Source of the DNA: Candidatus Nomurabacteria bacterium
GTDB taxonomy: Bacteria; Patescibacteriota; Minisyncoccia; Phycocordibacterales; UBA9973
Assembly (NCBI GenBank): GCA_021413905.1
Contig: JAIOPO010000005.1
Span: 146,957-210,956 of the forward strand
Direction of reading: 5' to 3'
DNA length: 64,000 nt
Shown here: positions 35,310-45,795 of the stretch, piece after piece
How the letters are laid out: the number at the start of each line of letters is the position of its first letter
How positions within the stretch are numbered: position 1 is the first letter of the stretch
Program-made: the position numbers and the translations under genes
The notes under the pieces: model-generated
Database searches by the model: none
Seen by the model: only the letters and a program-made list of their open reading frames with translations
What the model was told of the DNA's origin: nothing

Positions 35310-35990
35310 ATGCTAAAATATTTCTACATGCAATTCGACACAAGTCACTTACTCATCGGAATTTTGAAAGGAATGTGGGCGTTCAAAAAACTCTGGCTAC
35401 TCGCCGGAGGCGTTTTTCTCCTCGCGCTCGCGTTGCAAGTGGTGACCGATTTGCTCAACCGCAAAAGTAGAATTCGCTGGTTCTTCAGCAAGAAAAAGAT
35501 TTTAGATTTACAGCGACTCACTCCATCCGAGTTTGAATCGTACACAGCCGAGTTGTTTCGCTCCCTCGGTTACAAGACGCGAGTCGTCGGCGGTGTCGGT
35601 GACGGGGGCATAGATGTTGAAGCCGAGAAGGACGGAGTTGTCCACTACATCCAGTGCAAGAAGTTCATCACACGCCAAGTGCCGGTCGGTGCAGTACGAG
35701 ACTTCTACGGCGCAATTGCCGACAAGTTAAACGGAGGGAAGGGTTACTTCATTACCACAAACATCTTTACTCTGGATGCCGAGAAATTCGCCGAGGGTAA
35801 GCCGATTGAACTCGTCGACAGATTCAAGCTCATGGACTACCTGCGTCTCGCCAAGGTCGATGCGCCTGTCGGCACCACCAGTTCTGTCTGTCCGAAGTGC
35901 GGCGGACGGCTCGTTGAGCGATCCGGCAAATTCGGTCGTTTCCTTGGCTGTTGCAATTACCCGAAATGCTCTTATACTGTAAAGGCGTAG
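35310..35990 (+). CDS. Membrane-anchored Mrr-like restriction endonuclease catalytic domain with a C-terminal topoisomerase-type zinc ribbon.
   Basis: N-terminal TM LWLLAGGVFLLALALQVV. The Mrr_cat-like segment is GGVGDGGIDVEAEKDGVVHYIQCKKF. The C-terminal zinc ribbon is CPKCGGRLVERSGKFGRFLGCCNYPKC. Confidence 0.6.
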   Translation: MLKYFYMQFDTSHLLIGILKGMWAFKKLWLLAGGVFLLALALQVVTDLLNRKSRIRWFFSKKKILDLQRLTPSEFESYTAELFRSLGYKTRVVGGVGDGGIDVEAEKDGVVHYIQCKKFITRQVPVGAVRDFYGAIADKLNGGKGYFITTNIFTLDAEKFAEGKPIELVDRFKLMDYLRLAKVDAPVGTTSSVCPKCGGRLVERSGKFGRFLGCCNYPKCSYTVKA

Positions 35991-36277
35991 AGGGAGGGTT
36001 TGCATTTTAGAAAACACTTTTGAAATCCGTCAAGACCGTTTTCACCCTCTAAAATTTGTAAATGAGACAGTGCTGAAAACCGCGTTTTTGTGTCTCATCT
36101 GTAACATTCACAAATATGAGACCGCGACCCACAAAGCTAATTTTAACGGGTGCGAGTATCCGAAACAACCCTTGTGGGGGTTGGGAGTCTGGGTACCGTA
36201 CCCACGTACACCGCCATTGACAGGTAGCACGAGATGCACACAAAAAGCACCTACTAGGTGCTTTTTGTGTTTAATAA

Positions 36278-37381
36278 ATGTATGATGATTTCATGGCAAA
36301 ATGTATCTATTGTCTTAAAGATGAAACTAAAACTACTTTCCAATCACGAGAGCATGTTTTGCCTGAGTTTTTAGGACTATATGATCCTCAAACGCCAGTT
36401 TTGAGAGACTGTGTTTGCGATTTATGTAACTCAATTTTTTCTAAATTGGAAACAAAATTTAGAGAGGATACCTTTGAAGGTATCCTAGGTCAAAGGTTAA
36501 ATTTTCAAAACCAAAACAGTATTACCGTTAGGAATAAAAATTTCAAGATCACACCCTTAAGTAAATTCCGGAATCAACTTTTTATGAGAACTTTTTTCTT
36601 ATTAAAAATAGAAAATGAAAAACTTGTTCCCGACTTAAGAGGTCACGTAACTTTAAAAATGAAAAATGGTGGATATAGAGTTTTTCTCTTGGAATCACTA
36701 TCAACACTTAAAAAAGAGTCTTCAAAATTTAATAAAATCAAGAAAGACATCACAAAATTAAGTAAAGAAGATATTTGGATTTTTGTTTCTAAGAAAGAAG
36801 CGTCAATCGAGCAAGTAAAAGATATTCTAAAAAACTATGGTGTAACATATAATGAAAAAGAAAGAGGTTCAGGAGATGATATCTCTGAAACTGTTGAAAT
36901 TGCGGAAAATTATGATGGTACAGTGGATAAGGACATTGTACGAGTAATTGCAAAAATTTGCTTCAATTACCTTTGTTATTGTGCAAGAGAAGACAATCAA
37001 CCTAACATATTATTTCATGAAAACTTTGACTCAATTCGTAGATTTATTTATAAAGGAGAAGGAAGACCACAAAGTTTTTTCAGTATTGATGAGAATCGTA
37101 TTCTTGGAGAAGAAAGTGGTAGTAATAAAAATTACCTAGGACATAGTATCTGTTTTGGTGAGGAGAATGGAAAACTATATTTTCGGATAACATTGTTTGG
37201 TTTTCAGCCCTATAAATTATTTTTAGGTGATATTCCACCAGAACTCAAACATCAATTATTTGGTTGTGCTCATATATTTGATCCATTAGGAAAGAAGATT
37301 CACAACATTGCTCAAAACAGACAACCTATAGCGCTAGATGCTTTAATGCTTTCGTTTGGACTTTTAAAACGTTTTCGTTAG
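36278..37381 (+). CDS. Hypothetical protein of 367 aa with an N-terminal Cys-rich HNH-like segment.
   Basis: CIYCLKDETKTTFQSREHVLPEFLG...CDLCN. Confidence 0.4.
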   Translation: MYDDFMAKCIYCLKDETKTTFQSREHVLPEFLGLYDPQTPVLRDCVCDLCNSIFSKLETKFREDTFEGILGQRLNFQNQNSITVRNKNFKITPLSKFRNQLFMRTFFLLKIENEKLVPDLRGHVTLKMKNGGYRVFLLESLSTLKKESSKFNKIKKDITKLSKEDIWIFVSKKEASIEQVKDILKNYGVTYNEKERGSGDDISETVEIAENYDGTVDKDIVRVIAKICFNYLCYCAREDNQPNILFHENFDSIRRFIYKGEGRPQSFFSIDENRILGEESGSNKNYLGHSICFGEENGKLYFRITLFGFQPYKLFLGDIPPELKHQLFGCAHIFDPLGKKIHNIAQNRQPIALDALMLSFGLLKRFR

Positions 37382-37390
37382 AACTAAAAA

Positions 37391-37822
37391 ATGAATAAGA
37401 AAAACGTATACAAAGATAAGGACGGACGGGATATATTTCAAGTTAATACGATTTTTAATGTGCGTATTGAAAAAACATATTTACATCCCGAATATGATTT
37501 AACTGCTGACACAAATGAAATGACTGACACGGGACTTATGATTGTCTTCAAGCTTGAATCAAAAAACACCACTCTTCCATCATTTGTAGGACGATGGGAT
37601 CATAAACAAGGAGTACTCGATATAGATATATTCAAAGTTAGTAGAAAGATTGTAACCGACTTTCGTGCTGGTAAAAACAACTATGGTGGACATCACCCTT
37701 TACTAATTTCAGAAAGTCCTCGTTTGTTTGCAATAGATATAAATATACCTAAGGGGAAAATAATAGAAGGCGCAATGACTTTTAATATTGGTCACGGACA
37801 TGCTCCTATATTATTTAACTAG
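37391..37822 (+). CDS. Hypothetical protein of 143 aa.
   Basis: ORF only. Confidence 0.35.
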   Translation: MNKKNVYKDKDGRDIFQVNTIFNVRIEKTYLHPEYDLTADTNEMTDTGLMIVFKLESKNTTLPSFVGRWDHKQGVLDIDIFKVSRKIVTDFRAGKNNYGGHHPLLISESPRLFAIDINIPKGKIIEGAMTFNIGHGHAPILFN

Positions 37823-39134
37823 TAAGACTAAGCTTCTTATTCGCCAAACATATCTTACTCTTCAAGCAACCCAACAACTCTCTTTTTTCAATATCAGATC
37901 CTTCTTTTAAAATAAATTTTGCGTATCCTTGTATATCTACATTTGAAACATTAATTTTTTCTTTGGTTCCTAGTAGGAATCTTTGAAATTTAGTAAATCT
38001 TTCGATATCGTTTTTTATCTTTTCTTTGACTTCAAACTCATTGATCGAAATGTCTTCGAGCAGTAATTCAAATTGTTTGATTAACTCTTTCTCTTCAGTA
38101 TAGCCACATTTACAATGTTCGCCTTTGGCTTTAGTACATCCGTAATAAACATAACGATGCACATTTCCATTTTGTTGCTTTTTAAACTTTTCGTCAGCTG
38201 TAATTCCTGATCCGCAAAGCCCACAAGTCATCATTTTTGTAAAAGCGAATTCTTTGTTTTCAACTCTTAACACATTACTTTTTATTTGCTCTTGAACTAA
38301 ATCAAACAATTCTTTTGTAATTAACGGTTCATGTTTTCCTGTATACCAATTACCTGATTTTTTTGGATATTCAAAAACTCCGTAATAGAAAGGATTATCC
38401 AGTATCTTGTAGAGATTACCTAAACTTAAATGTTTTTTACCTACAGCTGTTCTGAAATTTAAATCAAATCTTAGCCAATTGTATATTTTTCTCCCACTAC
38501 ATTTTTCATATGCAACTTTTTCAAACATCTTTTTAATAGTTGACGCTCTTTCAGGATCAATTAACACCTCGCATTTTCTATCTGTCATTTTTTGATTTAA
38601 ATAACCAGTAGGAGCTACTCCAGGTCTTAGCCCCATTTCGGCTCTCGTTCGTAATCCTCTTTTTACATTTACACTTTTATTATCGTTTTCTAGTTTTGCT
38701 TGCGAACACAAAATCATTAAAAGAAATTTTTCATTTGGTGAATTCTTAAAATGTTGCCCATAAGTTCTAATTTCTAAAAGAAATTGCTGATCCATTAAAT
38801 CTACAATACTTCCTAAGTCACCAGCATTTCTACTTAATCTGTCGGGTGCCCAAGTTAGAATTCCATTAAACCTACCATGTCGCACATCTTCTAATATTTC
38901 TTTATATACAGGTCTTTGTCCTGACTCTTTGGCTGAATGTGATTCTCTTCTGATTTCAACAACATCGAGACCTTCTTTTTCAGCTAAACTAAGCATTTCT
39001 TTAACTTGCGAATCAATAGATAAAACTTGACGTTCTTCTGATTCAGTCGATTTTCTAGCATACAGTACGTATTTAATTTTTTGTATTGGTGCAAGAATTT
39101 CTTTTCCAATACGTGCTGACATATATGTTTCCAT
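37815..39134 (-). CDS. Large serine recombinase, integrase type, copy R2.
   Basis: IKYVLYARKSTESEERQVLSIDSQ, the CGLCGSG...C zinc ribbon, and roughly 65-70 percent identity by eye to R1 and R3. Confidence 0.85.
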   Translation of the reverse strand: METYMSARIGKEILAPIQKIKYVLYARKSTESEERQVLSIDSQVKEMLSLAEKEGLDVVEIRRESHSAKESGQRPVYKEILEDVRHGRFNGILTWAPDRLSRNAGDLGSIVDLMDQQFLLEIRTYGQHFKNSPNEKFLLMILCSQAKLENDNKSVNVKRGLRTRAEMGLRPGVAPTGYLNQKMTDRKCEVLIDPERASTIKKMFEKVAYEKCSGRKIYNWLRFDLNFRTAVGKKHLSLGNLYKILDNPFYYGVFEYPKKSGNWYTGKHEPLITKELFDLVQEQIKSNVLRVENKEFAFTKMMTCGLCGSGITADEKFKKQQNGNVHRYVYYGCTKAKGEHCKCGYTEEKELIKQFELLLEDISINEFEVKEKIKNDIERFTKFQRFLLGTKEKINVSNVDIQGYAKFILKEGSDIEKRELLGCLKSKICLANKKLSLTS

Positions 39135-39188
39135 ACATATATTAATGACAGAAAAAGAGCCTTTTGCTAAGGATTAATCATTGGCAAC

Positions 39189-39199
39189 GTGTTGGTAAC
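39189..39199. promoter_or_regulatory. GTGTTGGTAAC core 55 nt upstream of R2, flanked on the right by the arm TTCGCTTAACAAAAATA and leader RNA copy 2.
   Basis: ggcaacGTGTTGGTAACttcgcttaacaaaaatag. Confidence 0.45.
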
Positions 39200-39285
39200 T
39201 TCGCTTAACAAAAATAGTTATATGCGATAGGATTGATGGATTAATACAGACATATGCTGTATTATGTATATATAATTTAATAACC

Positions 39286-39432
39286 GACCTAACCCCTAAA
39301 AGCCTTTGGTTTATAGGATATGGTCAAAATCCTTCCCAGTAAAAAACTCCTCGTCAGAGTTACCTGGGAAGGTCGTATCTGGAAACAGATACGGATCACC
39401 GAAAGGTGGTCGCTGACGGGGAGCTTTTTGTT
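39286..39432 (+). ncRNA. Structured leader RNA copy 2 of the novel motif.
   Basis: GACCUAACCCC[ccua..uagg]GGAUAUGGUC AAAA [ccttcccagt AAAAAACUCCUCGUCAGAGUU acctgggaagg] UCGUAUCUG-GAAA-CAGAUACGG [cacc-GAAA-ggtg] GCUGACGGGGAGCuuuuu. A -10 box TATAAT is at 39271. Confidence 0.6.
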
Positions 39433-39461
39433 TCTCGTCAAATTAAAACCTTCCCAGTTTT

Positions 39462-40427
39462 ATGAAAAATAAAATATGTTTTCTCTCGTTTTTGTTTTTA
39501 GGATTATTAATGCTGTTTTCGACAGCAAGTGCTGATGTTTCATTTAATAAGAATTTATCTTATGGAATGAAGAACAATCCTGATGTTGCAAGATTACAAA
39601 CTTTTTTACAACAGCAAGGATATTATAATGGTCCTGTTTCAGGAAATTACTTTACTCTTACTCAACAAGCGGTAAGAAGTTTTCAGGTAAAAAATAATAT
39701 AAGTCCAGCAAGTGGATATTTTGGGACAATGACTAGAGGTGTAGTTAATTCTATTACTGCAAAAAGTGACTCGGTAAGTTCAATACTTCCTAGTGGATGC
39801 ACTTCAACTTCAATATATAGCATAACAACAGGAGAATCTTGTGTTTCCTTGAATTCGTTATCAGATGCTGCTAAAAAAGCTAAAGAGATTGTTGAAAAAA
39901 CACATCCTGTAGGCGAAACAACAGAACAAGCAAAAGCTAAACTTAACCAGATGTTCAATGATGCTAATAACCAAAGCACCACAGCTCCAATAGATTATGG
40001 TACTTTTTCAAGAGTACAGTTAAGTCAGTATGCTAATAATCCATCAGTATACAAAAGTCAGAAAATAGAAGTTGTTGGAAGTGTTGTATCGTTTCTCCCA
40101 AAGGGTGGTAGTGGTGGAACAACTAATTATATAAACCTTCTAGATCCCATATCTAATGTTCAAGTAATGGCTGAAGTTAAAAGTTCTATTGATTACACTA
40201 TATTGGTTAATAAAGTAAAATCGGGAGATACTTTCAGAGCATACGGAATTGGAACTGCAAGTGGCAACTTTACTAATAAGTATGGATCCACGGTGGTTAT
40301 TTCTGTGTTTCAACTTTTAGCTGCTGATAGTTGTGATTTTGGTTCTTCTGTAACTAATCTTACTTCTGATTCTAGTCCATATGGATGGACATGTAGTGGT
40401 ACAATGCAACATGTGATACCACAATAA
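39462..40427 (+). CDS. Secreted protein with an N-terminal peptidoglycan-binding (PG_binding_1-like) domain.
   Basis: Signal peptide, then VARLQTFLQQQGYYNGPVSGNYFTLTQQAVRSFQ. Confidence 0.65.
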   Translation: MKNKICFLSFLFLGLLMLFSTASADVSFNKNLSYGMKNNPDVARLQTFLQQQGYYNGPVSGNYFTLTQQAVRSFQVKNNISPASGYFGTMTRGVVNSITAKSDSVSSILPSGCTSTSIYSITTGESCVSLNSLSDAAKKAKEIVEKTHPVGETTEQAKAKLNQMFNDANNQSTTAPIDYGTFSRVQLSQYANNPSVYKSQKIEVVGSVVSFLPKGGSGGTTNYINLLDPISNVQVMAEVKSSIDYTILVNKVKSGDTFRAYGIGTASGNFTNKYGSTVVISVFQLLAADSCDFGSSVTNLTSDSSPYGWTCSGTMQHVIPQ

Positions 40428-40448
40428 AGCTATTAAGTAATAAATATG

Positions 40449-42047
40449 CTATCTTTTTCTCATCATCCTCATAAAATTCCGACGTTCATATTCACTTTCT
40501 AACATTAGAGCTACATCTACTTTCTTTTCTTCCTCTTTTCTCACTTCAGGATCCTGTATATCAGAAGCTTTAGGTATTGGTATGGAAGAAGGTATAACCA
40601 AACGATTCGGGTCTCTTTCTGCATCCATAACTGTATGCATTAGCATTGATAAAGCATCCAAGAGATCGTCATATTTTTCATAACCAAATCCATATATTTG
40701 GTTTTCTAATATAGGTATACCTTCTTTTGGAAATAATACTTTTCCTTCCAAAAAATAATTTGTAGTAGCCCTTAATCGTTCAGCCTTATCTTTTGAACCT
40801 GGATTATAAGGAATAACATCTATCCCTTTATCTTTGGCTTGTTGATGTATATAACCTTGCGCGCCAACTTTTTCAACAACCACCTTAGGTGTTAAATTAA
40901 CTGATTTGAAATAATTAACTTCATTTTCAATAAACTTAATTATCTGAGGAAATTCTATTCTTTTATTGAATATCTTAGGTCTGATATAGATTTTTATTTT
41001 ATCCTGATATCCAAAAACATCAGCATAAACTCCAGCAGTAAAATCATTTTTATTACTAGTACCCGTCGCAGGATCAATAGACATAATGGTAAAACGATAA
41101 TCGTTAGCATAATCTAGCGCCGGAATTTTGTCATATCTTTTAATTAATTCATTCCTAATAATCTGCGACTCCTCATTAATTGGATTCAACATAAACTCTC
41201 TTTGCCATGCATTTTCATCATTCATGACCTTAGTTCTTTTTTCCTGATCAATCAATTCTTGAGAATGAAACTTCTCTTTCCATAAAGGAATACCTTTATC
41301 ACCAAAGAAAGGAAATCTTACTGCTTTACCAAATATTTTATTATCCGCAATATCATTGCAAACCCTTATCAACACAGAATCTTGATGAAGTGGCGTACCA
41401 ACTAAAACCATTCTGGCATTTTGATCTCCTGCGGGCAAAACATCTCGCGTTAACCACCGATACATATTATCTCTTTTTTCTTGACTGTCGACTGTTTTAT
41501 CAGTTTCAATATCGTCTAAGATAAATAGTTGTGGTCGGTACTGATTGTATTTAGTACCGCGAATACTTTGTTCTGTTGATCCAATGCCAATTTTTGCTTC
41601 ATACTGAGGCAATATTAATGCTTCTGCGCCCCATTGTCCTTGTATTTCTTTAAAGGGTCCCATATCAGCTTTTAATCTAGAATTATTTTCAAGTTGAAAT
41701 TTAATATCCTGTAATTTTTCTCTAGCCTGTGAATTCGTTCCACCTAAAATCATTACATATTTTTTATTTTGACAACCTAAAATAGACCATATGACATAGC
41801 TCATAGTAATAATTGTTGTTTTTCCACTTCCACGGAATGCCATTATGACTAAATTAGTAAAATTGCTTTCGGTTAGATGAATTATTGATCTATGGAAATC
41901 AGCTGTCGGGTGTGATATGTATTCACTGAAGTAATAATGAAAAAACCAAAAATGACTTTTCTTTACTAATTCTAATCTAAATGCTCTATCATTGATCATT
42001 CTATCAATGATCTTTTTGTATTCCTTTTTAGTTATTTTCTTTTTCAT
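40449..42047 (-). CDS. Phage terminase large subunit-like protein (TerL), module B.
   Basis: Walker A AFRGSGKTT, Walker B LFILDDIE, and nuclease Asp residues at MSIDPATG and YDDLLDAL. Confidence 0.65.
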   Translation of the reverse strand: MKKKITKKEYKKIIDRMINDRAFRLELVKKSHFWFFHYYFSEYISHPTADFHRSIIHLTESNFTNLVIMAFRGSGKTTIITMSYVIWSILGCQNKKYVMILGGTNSQAREKLQDIKFQLENNSRLKADMGPFKEIQGQWGAEALILPQYEAKIGIGSTEQSIRGTKYNQYRPQLFILDDIETDKTVDSQEKRDNMYRWLTRDVLPAGDQNARMVLVGTPLHQDSVLIRVCNDIADNKIFGKAVRFPFFGDKGIPLWKEKFHSQELIDQEKRTKVMNDENAWQREFMLNPINEESQIIRNELIKRYDKIPALDYANDYRFTIMSIDPATGTSNKNDFTAGVYADVFGYQDKIKIYIRPKIFNKRIEFPQIIKFIENEVNYFKSVNLTPKVVVEKVGAQGYIHQQAKDKGIDVIPYNPGSKDKAERLRATTNYFLEGKVLFPKEGIPILENQIYGFGYEKYDDLLDALSMLMHTVMDAERDPNRLVIPSSIPIPKASDIQDPEVRKEEEKKVDVALMLESEYERRNFMRMMRKR

Positions 42048-42423
42048 TTTGAGGTAAAGCTAATAGTAATGCTTGTCGAACAAGTTTTTCTTGTTCGACA
42101 TTAAGTACAGGACTTTCATTTATTATTTTTCCGCTAACTTCGACACGTTCACGAAATTTAGGATTTCTATGTTTTAACCAAAATGAAATCGCTGACCAAT
42201 TCTTTTCACGAATAAGAACAAGTAATTGATTCTCACTCATGTCATTAACCAAGTCTTCACCTTCTTGCAAAGCTATTTCCATTTCCTTTCTAAAAACCTC
42301 ATCTTCTTTCCGCCAGCGATATACTGTATTTCTTGAAAGTCCGATCTGCTCACAAGAAACCTGAATTATTGGAATTTTTTTAAGTTTTTCCAAAAACTCG
42401 TCTTTCTTCCTAGTTTTTTTCAT
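42028..42423 (-). CDS. Small HTH protein, putative terminase small subunit, module B.
   Basis: HTH GLSRNTVYRWRKE. Confidence 0.45.
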   Translation of the reverse strand: MKKTRKKDEFLEKLKKIPIIQVSCEQIGLSRNTVYRWRKEDEVFRKEMEIALQEGEDLVNDMSENQLLVLIREKNWSAISFWLKHRNPKFRERVEVSGKIINESPVLNVEQEKLVRQALLLALPQNEKENN

Positions 42424-43690
42424 AGAATTTTTTTATTATCTTAGCTTTTCGACCAGTCAATTTTTCATATCTCCGTATTGCAAGGTCACAAAAAATTGGC
42501 TCAATTTCAAGTGAGTATACTTTGCGCCCCAATTGTTCGGCGCAGATCATCGTACTTGCAGATCCGGAGAAAGCATCAAAGATAATATCACCTGGCTTTG
42601 TGCAGCGCATAATAAACTTATGGTGCAATTCAGGATTCTTGCTCGTCGGGTGCTCCATTTGATTCGATGGAAGTCTTTTGGTCGCCCAAAGATTCGATAT
42701 GTCTTCAAGGAGTTGGTTGCCCGTGCCTAAATCTTTGTTTTGAATCTCATTTAGATTTTTCTGTAAGTCAGACAAATACGGTGAGCCTTTTGTGCCGTAA
42801 ACACAAAACTCTGTGCATTTATTAAATGCAACAGTAGGGGTCGGAGAAGAATTATTTTTTACCCAAACATTTAATCTTCTATTTTTAATCCCGAGTTCCA
42901 TATACAGAGTTTGGAAAACCCAAACCCATGCTTCGTCTGACCAAAATGCTACATGGATATCTTCGATTGAAACAGCGAGAGAAGACTGTAGTACTTTTCG
43001 GATAAACTCAACATATTCTTTAGGTGGTTGATTGTCGTCAAAAGAACCGCCGTAGTTGCTTTTATTGCCAACTCCTTTGTCATATGAAAGCCCGATATTA
43101 AAAGGTGGATCATTGTATATAGCTGTCGCCCTGTGTTCGCCGAATAATTTTTGCACAGCATGTATATCCGTAGAACTGGCGCAGAGCAATTTGTGATCTC
43201 CCATAACTATGAGATCACCCTTTTGCACGACAGGCTTCTTTATCTTTTTTAATTCTTTCGATACATCAAACTTGTCGTCTTTTGTATCCCTGTCTTCGTC
43301 CCAAGACTTTGCCAATTCTATTTGGTCAAATCCAATATCAGTCAGCAAATCTATTTCAAACGATTTTAACTTCTCAACTTGCCACTCCCCGTCATTTATA
43401 TTGGATTCTAAACCTATTTTTATTCTTTCTTCTTTTGTAAGTTTCCGATTTGGAACAAGTATATTAACTTCCTTAATACCAAGTTTCGTAAGAGCAGTTT
43501 TTCTTTGATTACCTGAAAGAATTGTATTGTCTGTGTCTATTACAATTGAAGCGTGAAATCCTCTTTGGTTAATTCTTTCCGTTAACTTTTCCAAGTCTTC
43601 CTTGCTAATTTTACGCGGATTTTCTTTCCACGTTAATAAATCTTTTACTTTTCTAACTTCTGCGCTCCAAAATAATTTGGATTTATTCAT
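42410..43690 (-). CDS. ParB-like domain fused to a DNA methyltransferase, module B.
   Basis: NDPPFN motif IV and FDAFSGSAST motif I; the N-terminus is ParB-like. Confidence 0.8.
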   Translation of the reverse strand: MNKSKLFWSAEVRKVKDLLTWKENPRKISKEDLEKLTERINQRGFHASIVIDTDNTILSGNQRKTALTKLGIKEVNILVPNRKLTKEERIKIGLESNINDGEWQVEKLKSFEIDLLTDIGFDQIELAKSWDEDRDTKDDKFDVSKELKKIKKPVVQKGDLIVMGDHKLLCASSTDIHAVQKLFGEHRATAIYNDPPFNIGLSYDKGVGNKSNYGGSFDDNQPPKEYVEFIRKVLQSSLAVSIEDIHVAFWSDEAWVWVFQTLYMELGIKNRRLNVWVKNNSSPTPTVAFNKCTEFCVYGTKGSPYLSDLQKNLNEIQNKDLGTGNQLLEDISNLWATKRLPSNQMEHPTSKNPELHHKFIMRCTKPGDIIFDAFSGSASTMICAEQLGRKVYSLEIEPIFCDLAIRRYEKLTGRKAKIIKKFYEKN

Positions 43691-44118
43691 AATGCTTAAA
43701 TAATTAAACTTTTAATACAAGAAAAACCAAGATTACTCTCAGCTCTAACTTTTAAAAGATAAACTTCAAAAAGCTAGAGCTCAACGGCTAAATAATTGTT
43801 GATCTCCACCTTTTTAGAGTTCATCCGATGTGAGCTTGTAGGGATTACTCCCTAGTCTCCAACACACACCAGCACTTACCTAAATAAATGGGGTATTAAA
43901 TTTTTCTTGAGGTTAAAAGAATTTCGACTAAAAAATTATTTTAACCCATATACATTATACTAGCTTTTTTATTTTTTTATCTTTTTTTGAATTAACAAAA
44001 AATCCTTTGTTTACAAGGGTTATATATTAGCAAAGTCCTTAAAAAATATTATGCAATATAATTTTACGTCTTGTAATGGGTAAATTGAGTTATTAACTTG
44101 CGCTAAACATATAATGCT

Positions 44119-44754
44119 GTGTATACTAGTTATACTATGATAAATAACCTGAGTGATAAAGACAAGAGAGCCTTTGCCCTTATCCGCAACAAGGTTATAC
44201 ATTATGGTAAAAGTCCTACCCTTCGTCAGATCAATGAAGTTACGGGTGGAAAGTCCCCACGCTCTGCAAGCCTTGTAATTGATAGACTTGTATTGTCTGG
44301 TCTTATAAAAAAGAATGGAAGAGATATGATGCTTGCAAATACTTACCAAGAAAGCTCTGTAAGTACAATAGATGTACCATTGGTTGGATCTGTTTCGTGT
44401 GGAGTACCAGTTTTTGCAGAAGAAAATATACAAACCTATATTCCTGTTTCAGTAAAACTTGCGAAAAAAGGTTCAGAGTATTTTTTTCTCCGAGCATTTG
44501 GTGATTCAATGAATGAGGCAGGAATAAATAGCGGTGATTTACTTCTTATAAGACAACAAGACACGGCAGAGAGTGGAGATAAGGTTGTTGCGCTCATTAA
44601 TGATGAAGCAACGGTAAAGATTTTTGAAAAGACTCGTGATGCTATTATTCTACGACCAAAATCAAATAATAAAATTCACAAGCCTATTATATTAACAACT
44701 AACTGCATGATCCAAGGAGTAGTCGTTGCGGTGCTTCCAGAGGATCTGTGCTAA
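44119..44754 (+). CDS. LexA/CI-like repressor (wHTH plus S24 peptidase). The preferred start is the ATG at 44137.
   Basis: DNA-binding N-terminus TLRQINEVTGGKSPRSASLVIDRLVLSGLI. The S24 Ser-Lys dyad appears at AFGDSMNEAGI and ATVKIF. A palindrome GTATACTAGTTATAC overlaps the start. Confidence 0.75.
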   Translation: MYTSYTMINNLSDKDKRAFALIRNKVIHYGKSPTLRQINEVTGGKSPRSASLVIDRLVLSGLIKKNGRDMMLANTYQESSVSTIDVPLVGSVSCGVPVFAEENIQTYIPVSVKLAKKGSEYFFLRAFGDSMNEAGINSGDLLLIRQQDTAESGDKVVALINDEATVKIFEKTRDAIILRPKSNNKIHKPIILTTNCMIQGVVVAVLPEDLC

Positions 44755-44969
44755 AAAATATGGCAAAATCAGTAGTAGTAACAAATGAATCAGAGTCTGG
44801 AAGAAATCAGAATTTTCATGACAACAAATCAGGAAAAGATATGACACGAGCTGGGTTCGTAAAAGAAATTGAACAAGGTAATTACGATGATTATCATGTA
44901 CGTATGGTCAACGGTGTAAAAACACCCGTGTCGAACCCTGACGGTAAAGAAGGTAACAATTTGGATTAA
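44748..44969 (+). CDS. Small hypothetical protein of about 70 aa.
   Basis: Short ORF whose start overlaps the repressor's stop; YHVRMVNGVKTPVSNPDGKEGNNLD. Confidence 0.3.
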   Translation: MLKNMAKSVVVTNESESGRNQNFHDNKSGKDMTRAGFVKEIEQGNYDDYHVRMVNGVKTPVSNPDGKEGNNLD

Positions 44970-44974
44970 ATTTT

Positions 44975-45793
44975 ATGGCAGATATTGATTCATACATAGA
45001 AGACCTTAAGAAAAAATCGGAAGAAAGATTTGAGCAATTTAAAATTGTAGACATCAGTAGCATTAAAGAAATATCGAACGATGCCTATCTAGAGAAACCA
45101 ACATGGCTTGGTGGTGATAAAAAGTTTGTATGTTTATTTATTGATCTTGATAAGTCATCCAAGATATCATTCAAAAAACATCCAAAGACGATGGCTAAAA
45201 TATATGATTATTTTACACAGAACATTGTTGATATATTAAATCACCCGACATTCGGAGCCGATTATATTGATATCAAAGGAGACGGAGCATTCGGTATTTT
45301 TGAAGGCGATAAGGCTTCTTACAAAGCACTATACTGTGCTATTACTTTTAAAACCCTATTCGAGCAATCGATTCGAGATAAGTTTAGCGACGAAGAAGAT
45401 CAATTGAGTTGTAAATTTGGAATACATAAAGACAAACTCCTTGTGAGAAAAATAGGAAAGCGAGGACATGGTAATTACAACGAAGTTTGGGCAGGTAGAT
45501 TAGTTAATAACGCTGCGAAGCTAGCAAACCAGGCAAAAGACATCCCTCAAGATATTGCTTATCCTCTCTCACTCCCTATTCTTATATCTGAACAAGTTCA
45601 TAGCGACTTTGAGAAAAATAAAGAGTTCGGATTTTATCACTGCTGTACTGGTAATGGTCAACCTCTGCCAAATCAAATAGAAATGTTCAAAGAGGTCAAT
45701 GATTTTTCTGATGAGACATTGGGTGATAAGTTTTATTACACAAGAGTGATTTGGTGTAAAAATTGCGCTGATAATTACATTAACCTTATCTAG
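44975..45793 (+). CDS. Class III nucleotidyl cyclase-like protein (adenylate/guanylate/pyrimidine cyclase fold), cyclase 1.
   Basis: The metal-binding Asp motifs FIDLDKSSKI and IKGDGAFGIF match the F.DI.GFT and KTIGDAYM patterns of class III cyclases. Confidence 0.55.
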   Translation: MADIDSYIEDLKKKSEERFEQFKIVDISSIKEISNDAYLEKPTWLGGDKKFVCLFIDLDKSSKISFKKHPKTMAKIYDYFTQNIVDILNHPTFGADYIDIKGDGAFGIFEGDKASYKALYCAITFKTLFEQSIRDKFSDEEDQLSCKFGIHKDKLLVRKIGKRGHGNYNEVWAGRLVNNAAKLANQAKDIPQDIAYPLSLPILISEQVHSDFEKNKEFGFYHCCTGNGQPLPNQIEMFKEVNDFSDETLGDKFYYTRVIWCKNCADNYINLI

Positions 45794-45795
45794 AT

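Noticed and set aside
43691-44100. A gene in the 430-nt gap between the ParB-MTase and the repressor.
   Set aside because: There is no ORF of 60 aa or more. The AT-rich region is a divergent-promoter region that contains the repressor's putative operator.
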